64,000 nucleotides of DNA from positions 449-64,448 of the forward strand of contig CALBLI010000049.1 in NCBI GenBank assembly GCA_937896065.1, given 5' to 3'. Position 1 is the first letter of the stretch, and every line of letters begins with the position of its first letter. Positions 46,447 to 55,809 of this stretch are shown here, one piece after another. The position numbers and the translations under genes were made by a program. The notes beneath the pieces are model-generated. The model did no database searches and was not told the origin of the DNA. It worked only from the letters and a program-made list of their open reading frames with translations. Source of the DNA: an uncultured Bacillales bacterium. Lineage in GTDB: Bacteria; Bacillota_I; Bacilli_A; RFN20; CAG-288.

Positions 46447-47892
46447 ATGAAAACTGAAATCATATCTTTACCAAATCAAAAGGAAGCTAGTAAGAAAACA
46501 AAACTTGATTATAACAATTTAAAAGTCATGCTTCCTTCCTCTTTTTTGATGGATTGGGGAAAAAATAAAAAGTTCTGTATCAGAACTTACGGGTGCCAGG
46601 CTAATGTTAGAGATTCTGAGATAATTAGAAATTATCTTTTAGATATTGGTATGACTGAACAAGATGATTTTTTAGGTGCTGATTTTGTTTTATTTAACAC
46701 GTGTGCTGTTAGAGAAAATGCTGAAAATCATCTATATGGTGAACTTGGTTTATGCAAAAATTCTTATTTAAAAAATAAAGATATGATCATTGCAGTTTGT
46801 GGATGCGTTGTTCAAGAAGATGAAGCAACTAAATTTATTCTTGATCATATAAAACATGTTCGACTCATCTTTGGAACAAGCAGAATAAATTCTTTTTATT
46901 CAATCTTAGAAGATTCAATAAAATCAAATAAAAGAATAGTCAATGTTTCATCAAATGATTTTGATGTTTATGAAGAACCAATTGGAAGTAAAGATAGTCG
47001 TTTATCAACTATCAAAGCATTTGTCAACATCATGTATGGATGTGATAAATATTGTACATATTGTATTGTGCCATATACTCGTGGAAGAGAAAGAAGTAGA
47101 AAAGAAGAAGACATTATAAATGAAGTTTTAAAACTCAAAGAATTAGGCTATAAAGAAGTCACTCTTCTTGGTCAAAACGTTGATGCCTATGGAAAAGATA
47201 GAGGTGAAAAATATGCTTTTGCCTCTCTTCTTGAAAAAGTAGCAGCAACTGGTATTGAAAGAATTAGATTCACAACCCCTTATCCATCTGATTTCAATTC
47301 TGAAGTATTCGATGTTATGTCTAAATATAAAAACATCATGCCTTCTATTCATATGCCTCTTCAATCTGGAAGCAATAACATTTTAAAAAAGATGAATAGA
47401 CGTTATACTAGGGAAGAATATTTAGAAGTTATCAAATCACTGCGTGAAAAAATTCCACATGTTTATATAACAACTGATATCATCGTAGGTTTTCCAAATG
47501 AAAGTGATCAAGATTTTGAAGATACTTTATCACTTGTTAATGAAGTCAAATATGATGCAGCTTTCACATTTATTTATTCAAAAAGACCCGGAACACCTGC
47601 TAGTAAATTAATAGATCATATAAGTGATGAAACTAAGCATGCTCGTTTTGATAGATTAAAAATCTTAGTTGATTCTTTAACAACATTATCGGCTTCCAAA
47701 TTTGTTAATAGAGAATGCAAAGTTTTATTTGATACTGTTTCTAAAAAAGATAAAACTATGATTTCAGGTTATACTGAAGAAGGGAAGCTTGTTCATGTTA
47801 AAGGAGATAGTTCACTTCTTGGTCAGATAAAAACAGTTAAAATATTAAATTCACATACTTTTTCACTGATAGGAGAAGTTATTGATGAATAA
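46447..47892 (+). CDS. miaB: tRNA-2-methylthio-N6-dimethylallyladenosine synthase MiaB
   Basis: The UPF0004 domain has IRTYGCQAN, and the radical-SAM cluster motif is CDKYCTYCIVP. A C-terminal TRAM domain follows. Confidence 0.85.
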   Translation: MKTEIISLPNQKEASKKTKLDYNNLKVMLPSSFLMDWGKNKKFCIRTYGCQANVRDSEIIRNYLLDIGMTEQDDFLGADFVLFNTCAVRENAENHLYGELGLCKNSYLKNKDMIIAVCGCVVQEDEATKFILDHIKHVRLIFGTSRINSFYSILEDSIKSNKRIVNVSSNDFDVYEEPIGSKDSRLSTIKAFVNIMYGCDKYCTYCIVPYTRGRERSRKEEDIINEVLKLKELGYKEVTLLGQNVDAYGKDRGEKYAFASLLEKVAATGIERIRFTTPYPSDFNSEVFDVMSKYKNIMPSIHMPLQSGSNNILKKMNRRYTREEYLEVIKSLREKIPHVYITTDIIVGFPNESDQDFEDTLSLVNEVKYDAAFTFIYSKRPGTPASKLIDHISDETKHARFDRLKILVDSLTTLSASKFVNRECKVLFDTVSKKDKTMISGYTEEGKLVHVKGDSSLLGQIKTVKILNSHTFSLIGEVIDE

Positions 47893-48202
47893 TGAAGAAG
47901 AAAAGTTAAAAAAGAAAGCCAATGATTTAGTTTTAGCTTTTGAAACTCTTGATTTATATAATGATTACTTACTGCTTAAAAAAGAAGTTGAAACTGATTC
48001 ATATTTGCAAGGTTTAAAAAGAGATCGTGACACTCTTCAAAAAAAGCTCAAATATTTTAAGACTGAAGAGAAAAAAGACGCTTTAAAATTAGCTCAGAAA
48101 TTAAATGATGAATATAATAATTCACCTTTAGTTATCAATTATTTAGCGATAAAAAAAGAACTTGAATCTTTGCTTAACTCTTTCACGTGCAGCGATTTTT
48201 AG
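47882..48202 (+). CDS. YmcA/YlbF-like (RicA-like) helical protein
   Basis: 106-aa helical protein lying between miaB(ymcB) and mutS, as ymcA does in B. subtilis. The call rests mainly on position and size. Confidence 0.45.
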   Translation: MMNNEEEKLKKKANDLVLAFETLDLYNDYLLLKKEVETDSYLQGLKRDRDTLQKKLKYFKTEEKKDALKLAQKLNDEYNNSPLVINYLAIKKELESLLNSFTCSDF

Positions 48203-48216
48203 ATATAATTTTAATC

Positions 48217-50757
48217 ATGAAAAAAGAAATTCAAAATGAAGAAACCATGTCACCAATGGTTGTTCAATATTTATCGTTTAAGCAAAAATATAATGATTGC
48301 TTGCTCTTTTTTAGAGTAGGTGATTTTTATGAACTATTTTTAGATGATGCTGTGAAAGCTAGTAAAGAACTTCAGCTTGTTTTAACCAAAAAAGCCAGTG
48401 GAAATGGTAACTTCATACCGATGTGTGGAATTCCCCATCATGCTTATTTAAGCTATGCTAATAAATTGACTTCAAGAGGATATAAAGTTGCTATTTGTGA
48501 ACAAATAGAAGATCCTAAGGCCACTAAAAAACTTGTCAAAAGAGATGTCATTCAAATAATAACTCCTGGTGCTAATATCGATAACAATACAAATGAAGCC
48601 AATTATATTGCAAGTCTTTCTATTTTTTCTTATGTTGCTTGCATTGCTTATGCTGATTTACAAACTGGTGAATCTTTTGCTTTAAATTGTGAAAATAGTA
48701 AAGAGAAAATTTTAGAAACTCTTCTCTTTATTGATGCTAAAGAACTTGTTGTATCTACTTCAATCAGTGCTGACTTGATTTTATTTATTAAGAATAATTC
48801 AAACATTGTCATATCATATTTTAATGACACTTCTTCATCAATGAATATTGAATATTTATTTGCTAATTTAAAAGATGACAAGCAAATAAATTCTTTCTGT
48901 AGACTTTACAATTATTTGACTACTCTCGAAAAAAGAGAGCTGACATATTTTAAACCTGTCAAATGTATGTCAAATGATAAAAATATGAAATTAAATTATC
49001 AAGCTATAACCAATATGGAAGTTTTTAAAACACTTGATGGTAAAACAACTGGCAGCATTTATTGGCTTTTAAATGAATGTATAACTTCCATGGGTTCAAG
49101 ATATTTAAAATCTGCTTTATATAAGCCAAAAGCTAATAAAGATGATATTTTAAAAGTTCAAAATATTGTTTCTTTATTTGTTGATGATTTCATTTTAAGA
49201 GAGAAACTCAGAAATGATTTAAAAGATGTCTATGACATGGAAAAACTGATTGCTAAAATGTCATATGAGAGTGTCAATGGCAAAGATATGCTCCAGCTTA
49301 AAAGGTCACTTCAAGTTATTCCAACTTTAAAAAATGATCTTTCGGCTTTAAAAAATGATGATAGAATCAAAGATATCTATGATAATTTAAAAGATTTCAC
49401 ATCTTTAAGTGAACTTATTGAGAAAGCTATATCTGAAGATTGTCCATTAACTATCACTGAAGGTAATATTTTTAAACAAGGATATAATGAGCAACTTGAT
49501 GAACTATTATCACTTACTGATGATGATAAAAAGTGGCTGAGTGAACTTGAAATTAAAGAAAGAGAAAGAACAGGAATTAAAACTTTGCATGTCGGTTATA
49601 ATCCAGTCTATGGATATTACATTGAAGTATCAGCTGGTCAATTATCAGAAGTTAAAGAAGAATATGGATATATTAGAAAACAGACTTTAAAAACTGGTGA
49701 AAGGTTTATAACTGTTCAACTTAAAGAAAGAGAAGAAAGAATCTTGCGTGCTAAAGATAATAGAATCGCTTTAGAAACAAAACTTTTTAAAGAATTAAGA
49801 AAAATTGTTTCTTCATATTCTTATGATGTACAAATAAGTGCAAATACAATCAGTATGCTTGATTATTATTTATCACTTGCATATGTTTCAAGTGAAAATA
49901 ATTATGTTAAACCTGTTTTTTCAGATGATAGAAACATTGAAATTAAAGAAGCTAGACATCCAATAATTGAAAAAGCTAATCCTGAAAAACTATTTGTTAG
50001 AAATGATTATATCTTTTCTAAAGATGATAATGTAATCATCATCACTGGTCCTAATATGGGTGGTAAATCAACATATATGAAAGAGTTTGGACTTCTTTCA
50101 TATTTAGCCCAACTAGGCTGTTTTGTTCCTGCTTCATCTTGCACCACCACCATTTTTGATTCTATTTGTACCCGCATTGGTGCAAGTGATAATCTTATTA
50201 AAGGTCAATCAACTTTCATGACTGAAATGGCTGAAGTTGCTGATGCTTTAAGAAATGCTAGTTCAAATTCTCTGTTTCTTTTCGACGAAATAGGAAGAGG
50301 GACGGCTACATATGATGGTATGTCACTTGCTCAAAGCATCATTGAATATATTGTCAAATACGTTAAAAATTTGACTTTCTTCTCAACTCATTATCATGAG
50401 ATAACTAAGCTCTCTGAAAAAATTGAACATGTTAAAAATATCCATTGTATGGTCAAAGAAAATGATGGTGAAGTAACTTTTTTATATAAAATGAAAGAAG
50501 GTAGCATGTCTAAAAGTTATGGTATCAATGTTGCTAAGTTAGCTTCTCTTCCTGATGAAGTTATAAATAGAGCAACTGATTTGCTTTATTTTTTAGAGAA
50601 CAATAAAACAATTGATAAATCAATTACTAAAGAAATTAAACCAGTATCTGATAAAAATGATGAAGTTATTTCAAAATTAAAAAAACTTGATCCTTTATCT
50701 TTATCACCTCTTGATGCTTTGAATTATCTTATCAATTTAAAGAAGGAAATCAAATAA
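48217..50757 (+). CDS. mutS: DNA mismatch repair protein MutS
   Basis: SPMVVQYL..K, FFRVGDFYELF, Walker A GPNMGGKST and DEIGRGT. I prefer ATG 48217 because the track ORF starts at GTG 48187 inside the previous gene. Confidence 0.9.
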   Translation: MKKEIQNEETMSPMVVQYLSFKQKYNDCLLFFRVGDFYELFLDDAVKASKELQLVLTKKASGNGNFIPMCGIPHHAYLSYANKLTSRGYKVAICEQIEDPKATKKLVKRDVIQIITPGANIDNNTNEANYIASLSIFSYVACIAYADLQTGESFALNCENSKEKILETLLFIDAKELVVSTSISADLILFIKNNSNIVISYFNDTSSSMNIEYLFANLKDDKQINSFCRLYNYLTTLEKRELTYFKPVKCMSNDKNMKLNYQAITNMEVFKTLDGKTTGSIYWLLNECITSMGSRYLKSALYKPKANKDDILKVQNIVSLFVDDFILREKLRNDLKDVYDMEKLIAKMSYESVNGKDMLQLKRSLQVIPTLKNDLSALKNDDRIKDIYDNLKDFTSLSELIEKAISEDCPLTITEGNIFKQGYNEQLDELLSLTDDDKKWLSELEIKERERTGIKTLHVGYNPVYGYYIEVSAGQLSEVKEEYGYIRKQTLKTGERFITVQLKEREERILRAKDNRIALETKLFKELRKIVSSYSYDVQISANTISMLDYYLSLAYVSSENNYVKPVFSDDRNIEIKEARHPIIEKANPEKLFVRNDYIFSKDDNVIIITGPNMGGKSTYMKEFGLLSYLAQLGCFVPASSCTTTIFDSICTRIGASDNLIKGQSTFMTEMAEVADALRNASSNSLFLFDEIGRGTATYDGMSLAQSIIEYIVKYVKNLTFFSTHYHEITKLSEKIEHVKNIHCMVKENDGEVTFLYKMKEGSMSKSYGINVAKLASLPDEVINRATDLLYFLENNKTIDKSITKEIKPVSDKNDEVISKLKKLDPLSLSPLDALNYLINLKKEIK

Positions 50758-52631
50758 TGTCTGATATCAAATTGATGGATGAGAAATTAGCTAATCTCAT
50801 TGCTGCTGGCGAAGTTATTGAACGCCCTTCATCAGTCATCAAAGAATTAGTTGAAAATTCAATCGATGCTAAAAGCACTAGTATTTTTATAGGTGTTCTT
50901 GATGCTGGACGAAAAGAAATATATGTTAAAGATAATGGAACTGGAATGGATAGAAATGATGCTATTAATTGTTTTTTAAGACACGCATCAAGTAAAGTCA
51001 AAAGTGAATTCGACTTAAATCATATAAGAACATTAGGTTTTAGAGGCGAAGCTATTCCTTCAATTGCAGCGGTAAGCAAAGTTGAACTTATCACTTCTCT
51101 TCATAATGATGTTGGAAGCAGAGTGATTTCAATCCCTAATAAAGAGCTTGAAATTTCAAATGCGGCTATTATGGGTGGTACTTCATTTAAAGTTAGTGAT
51201 TTATTTTATAATACACCTGCTAGATTAAAATATTTAAAATCCAATCAAGTTGAAGTTTCTTCAATTATTGAAACTGTTGAACATTTAGCATTGTCATTTC
51301 CTAGTATTGCATTTGAACTATCAATCGATAATAAAACATATTTCAAAACCAATGGTCGAGGAAATCTTTTAGAATGTATTTCTAAAATATATGGAAACGA
51401 TATTGTATCTTCTTTATATCCTGTAAGTTATCAATCAGTTATTTTTTCATTTGATGGCTATATTGCTAAACCAGAAATCAATTATTCTAAAAAATATCGA
51501 ATAATTACTTTTTTAAATCAAAGATATATTTATAATTTTAAATTTACTAAAGCTATTTGTGATTCATATCTTGATTATTTGCCGCCACTGCGATATCCAT
51601 TTGCTATCATCAATTTTAAACTAGATTCATCGCTTGTTGATGTAAATGTTCATCCTTCTAAAAAAGAAGTCCGTATCTCATTAGAAGATGATATTATTAA
51701 AGAATTAAAAAATCAAATTTTGCTTACTCTTCAAAATAGAAGACCCCTTTATGATTCATCAAGCGATATTAAAAGTAAACATGATCTAAAAATAGATGAT
51801 GAAGCTTTCTTAACATTAGATGAAGAAGAAAAAAAAGATGACAATTCTTTATATAATGAATTCGATAAGAAAGAAGTATACAAGCCTCAAAGTTTGAATT
51901 TCCAACCAACATTTGAAAGAGCACAAACAATCTTTAGTCAACCATCGAATAATATTTCAAACACATCTAAAAACATTGATATTCCTATGGCATCTTATAG
52001 TGCAGCTAATTATTATCAAACTATCTTTGATAACTTGACTTCTTTTTCTCTTGCTGACATGCATCCACTTGGTCAAGTTATGCACACTTATATTATCTGT
52101 GATAGTGATGATGGACTTTACTTAATTGACCAACATGCAGCAGCTGAAAGAATCAATTATGAAAAAACAGAAGCATTATTTAGAGCTATTAAAAAAAGAG
52201 CAATTCCTTTAATTCCAATTACATATGATATGACTTTCAAAGAATATTCTAACTTTGATGATAAACATATAGAGGAACTTGACAATTTAGGTATAAAAGT
52301 TGAAATTTTTGGAGATAAAACATTAAAAGTAATTGAGGTGCCTGTCTTTTTAACTGATAGTGATGATGAAATCCTCATCAAAGACATCATCTCTTCTTGC
52401 TTAAATGATAGCAAGGTTGATCCAATTGAACTTCTTCATTTAACAATTGCTAATATTGCATGTAAAAAATCAATTAAAGCTAATAAGGTGATGAGCATTT
52501 TTGAAATGGAAGGATTAATTAAGGATTTGGCAAAATGTAAAAATCCTTCCAATTGTCCGCATGGTAGACCAACACTCATCAAGTTGTCTAAAAAAGACAT
52601 TGAAAAGATATTCAGGAGGAGCGGATTTTGA
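50757..52631 (+). CDS. mutL: DNA mismatch repair protein MutL
   Basis: IAAGEVIERPSSVIKELVENSIDA, DNGTGM and GFRGEA in the GHKL ATPase domain, and a C-terminal CPHGRP motif. Confidence 0.9.
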   Translation: MSDIKLMDEKLANLIAAGEVIERPSSVIKELVENSIDAKSTSIFIGVLDAGRKEIYVKDNGTGMDRNDAINCFLRHASSKVKSEFDLNHIRTLGFRGEAIPSIAAVSKVELITSLHNDVGSRVISIPNKELEISNAAIMGGTSFKVSDLFYNTPARLKYLKSNQVEVSSIIETVEHLALSFPSIAFELSIDNKTYFKTNGRGNLLECISKIYGNDIVSSLYPVSYQSVIFSFDGYIAKPEINYSKKYRIITFLNQRYIYNFKFTKAICDSYLDYLPPLRYPFAIINFKLDSSLVDVNVHPSKKEVRISLEDDIIKELKNQILLTLQNRRPLYDSSSDIKSKHDLKIDDEAFLTLDEEEKKDDNSLYNEFDKKEVYKPQSLNFQPTFERAQTIFSQPSNNISNTSKNIDIPMASYSAANYYQTIFDNLTSFSLADMHPLGQVMHTYIICDSDDGLYLIDQHAAAERINYEKTEALFRAIKKRAIPLIPITYDMTFKEYSNFDDKHIEELDNLGIKVEIFGDKTLKVIEVPVFLTDSDDEILIKDIISSCLNDSKVDPIELLHLTIANIACKKSIKANKVMSIFEMEGLIKDLAKCKNPSNCPHGRPTLIKLSKKDIEKIFRRSGF

Positions 52632-54184
52632 TATACGTAATTTTAGGTCAAACAGCTAGTGGTAAAACTTCGCTCGCTTTAAAATTAGCAAAAAAGTTAT
52701 CTCTTCCTATCATTTCAGCTGATGCTTATCAATGTTATAAAATGATGCAAATTGGAACTGATAAGCCAAAAGCTGATGAAGTAGAAGGCATCAATTATTA
52801 TTTCTTTGATGAATATCTTCCTGATTATAAAATGTCAGTATTTGAATTTCAAAAGCAAGGCAGAGAATTGATTGAAAAATATTTAAAAGTTGGAAAAGAT
52901 ATCATCGTCACAGGTGGGACTTTCTTATATATTAAAGCTCTACTTTTTAATTATGAATTCAAAGAAGAAAAAAATGATGATAATTATGAAGACTTATCTT
53001 TAAATGAAATGCAAGAATTATTGAAGAAGAAAAATATCGATGTATATAATTCCATTGATATTTTTAATCCTCGCCGTGTCATTCGTGCTTTAAGACTTAT
53101 TGATAATGATTATGAAGAAGCATTAAAATCAACTTATAAAAACAATAATATTCCCATTTATCCTTGTCTTTTCTTCAATATTGAAACTGATATAATTACT
53201 GGAAACGAGCTCATTGATAAAAGAGTTGATTTGATGTTTGAAAATCACTTTACTGACGAAGTTAAAAAATTAATAAATGATTATGACTATAATTTACCTG
53301 CTTTTAAAGCTATTGGTTACCCTGAAGTTATCTCATATTTAAAAAAAGAGATAACTCTTGATGAATGCAAAAATCTTATCAAGATTCATACTCATCAACT
53401 CGCTAAAAAACAGAGAACATTTATCAGACATCAATTTGATAATGTAATATGCAAATCAAAAGATGAAATCTATACTCTGATTGAAAATGATTTTTATCGC
53501 AAGGAAAGAACTAGGATTTTATTAAAAAATAAGATGCCTAAATTTGAAAACATGCGTGTTTTACTTGTTGGTTTAGGTGGAGTAGGTGGAATCACTCTTC
53601 TTTCGCTTGTACGCTTAGGAATATACAATCTTACTATTATCGATGGTGACAAAATAGCTGTCTCTAATTTAAATAGACAGTTTTTATTTGATTATTATGA
53701 TATAGGCTTTAATAAAGCTGAGATTGCTAAAGATAAAGCTTTAAAAATAAATCCACTTCTTAATATAACTTCAAAAAGTATGTTTATTAAAGATAGATTT
53801 GAATTAAAAGATGAAAAGTTTGACTATATCATCGATTGTATTGATGATATTAAAGGAAAGGCTGAATTATTTTTAAAAGCTAAAGAAGATAATTGTAAGC
53901 TGATTGTTTCCATGGGATTTGGCTTTCATTTAGATTCCACCAAAATAAAAATTGGTAAATTAAAAGAAACAAATGGACATATGGTTAAAGCCTATAGAGA
54001 GGAGTTAAAAAATAGAGGGATTAATGAAAATGATATTGATAATATAAACACCGTTTTCCCTCTTGATGCGAGAATGAAAGCAGAAAAAAACAGTAAAACT
54101 ATTGGCTCACTTGTCACTGCCCCAAATGGTGGTGGTCTTGCAATTGTTTCCAGTTTTATTAAAATGATACTAAGTGAGGATTAA
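52628..54184 (+). CDS. miaA: Fusion protein: tRNA dimethylallyltransferase MiaA (N) + TcdA/ThiF-type E1-like domain (C)
   Basis: Residues 1-~295 carry the MiaA P-loop GQTASGKTS, IISADAYQCY and TGGTFLYIKALL. Residues ~305-518 carry the Rossmann motif VGLGGVGG and SNLNRQ, and are collinear with E. coli TcdA (CsdL). Confidence 0.75.
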   Translation: MIYVILGQTASGKTSLALKLAKKLSLPIISADAYQCYKMMQIGTDKPKADEVEGINYYFFDEYLPDYKMSVFEFQKQGRELIEKYLKVGKDIIVTGGTFLYIKALLFNYEFKEEKNDDNYEDLSLNEMQELLKKKNIDVYNSIDIFNPRRVIRALRLIDNDYEEALKSTYKNNNIPIYPCLFFNIETDIITGNELIDKRVDLMFENHFTDEVKKLINDYDYNLPAFKAIGYPEVISYLKKEITLDECKNLIKIHTHQLAKKQRTFIRHQFDNVICKSKDEIYTLIENDFYRKERTRILLKNKMPKFENMRVLLVGLGGVGGITLLSLVRLGIYNLTIIDGDKIAVSNLNRQFLFDYYDIGFNKAEIAKDKALKINPLLNITSKSMFIKDRFELKDEKFDYIIDCIDDIKGKAELFLKAKEDNCKLIVSMGFGFHLDSTKIKIGKLKETNGHMVKAYREELKNRGINENDIDNINTVFPLDARMKAEKNSKTIGSLVTAPNGGGLAIVSSFIKMILSED

Positions 54185-54187
54185 TAT

Positions 54188-55780
54188 ATGGAAAATATTA
54201 TAGATATTGCAAAGAAAATTAATATAGATGAAAAAGATTTAGAAATATACGGAAATGATAAAGCTAAGATTGATTATACTAACTATAAAAATTTTACTAG
54301 AAAAGGGAACTTGATTCTTGTCACTGCTATTACTCCAACTAAAGCAGGTGAAGGGAAAACCACAACTGCTATCTCTTTAGTTGATGGTTTGAATAAATTA
54401 AAGAAGAAAGCAGTAGTCACTTTGCGTGAACCTTCTTTAGGCCCTGTATTTGGCTTAAAAGGTGGTGGAACAGGTGGCGGTAAAGCTATCATTATTCCTG
54501 AAGAAGATATCAACCTTCACTTTACAGGTGATATTCACGCTATAACTTCTATCAATAATTTAATAGCTGCCTTTATTGATAATGAAATCTTTCAAAATAG
54601 TCCTTTAAATTTAAATCCTGATAGAATTTGTTTTTCACGTTGCCTTGATGTAAATGATCGAAGCTTAAGAGAAATAGAAACTTGTTTATCATCTAAATCA
54701 GGTCCCAAGCACAAATCTACTTTTGTCATAACTAGTGCTAGTGAAATAATGGCTTGTTTTACATTAGCTGAAGATTTAGATGATTTTGTTAATAAAGTTA
54801 ATGATATTTTAATTGGTTATTCTTTTGATAATATGCCACACTATGTAAAAGAACTTCATTTAGAAAATGCAATTAAAAAATTAGCTAGACATGCAATTAA
54901 GCCTAATATTGTTCAAACACTCTATGGTAGCCCATGTCTTATTCATGGTGGACCTTTTGCAAATATTGCTCATGGCTGCAATTCAATTATTGCAACTGAT
55001 TTAGCCTTAAAATTAGCAGATTATGTCGTCACTGAAGCAGGATTTGGTTCTGATTTAGGAATGGAGAAATTCTTTGATATTGTCTGTTCTAAATTTGATT
55101 TAAAACCAAAACTGGTTGTTCTTGTTGTCACTATCAATGCCTTAAAAATACATGGCGGTGTTGCTTATGAAGATATCACTAAAAATAATGTAGAAGCCGT
55201 TTTATCGGGCACTGAAAATTTAAGACATCATTTACATAACATCAGTTGTTATAATGTTGACTCGGTCATATCTATCAATGTTCATGATAGTGATACAAAG
55301 GAAGAAATCAATGCATTAACTTCATATCTTGATGATTTAAATATCAAGTATGCATTAAACACGTCTTTTAAAGATGGTCAAGATGGTAGTATTAATTTAT
55401 CAAAATTAGTTATTGATAAAATTGATGATTCAAATAGTGATTTCAAACCAATTTATACTGATGATATGGACCTTTATAAAAAAATAGAAATCATCAGTAA
55501 AAACATGTACTTATCAGATAGCGTCATCTATACTGATGAAGTAAAAACACAATTAGATGAATTAAAAGATACTAGGTATAGTAATTATAAAATTTGTATA
55601 TCAAAAACACCTATGTCTATAAGTGATGATCCAAAACTTATTAATGCTCCACATAATATTTTACATATCAATTCTTTGAGAGTATTTCATGGTGCTAAAT
55701 TTATCGTCCCAATGTCCGGAAGCATTATTGCTATGCCTGGTTTAAATAAAAATCCACGTGGAAAAAATATGAAAGATTAA
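54188..55780 (+). CDS. fhs: Formate--tetrahydrofolate ligase
   Basis: TPTKAGEGKTTT, EPSLGPVFGLKGGGTGGG and HGGPFANIAHG. Confidence 0.9.
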   Translation: MENIIDIAKKINIDEKDLEIYGNDKAKIDYTNYKNFTRKGNLILVTAITPTKAGEGKTTTAISLVDGLNKLKKKAVVTLREPSLGPVFGLKGGGTGGGKAIIIPEEDINLHFTGDIHAITSINNLIAAFIDNEIFQNSPLNLNPDRICFSRCLDVNDRSLREIETCLSSKSGPKHKSTFVITSASEIMACFTLAEDLDDFVNKVNDILIGYSFDNMPHYVKELHLENAIKKLARHAIKPNIVQTLYGSPCLIHGGPFANIAHGCNSIIATDLALKLADYVVTEAGFGSDLGMEKFFDIVCSKFDLKPKLVVLVVTINALKIHGGVAYEDITKNNVEAVLSGTENLRHHLHNISCYNVDSVISINVHDSDTKEEINALTSYLDDLNIKYALNTSFKDGQDGSINLSKLVIDKIDDSNSDFKPIYTDDMDLYKKIEIISKNMYLSDSVIYTDEVKTQLDELKDTRYSNYKICISKTPMSISDDPKLINAPHNILHINSLRVFHGAKFIVPMSGSIIAMPGLNKNPRGKNMKD

Positions 55781-55809
55781 AAAAATATACACTATTTACC
55801 ATATAAATA

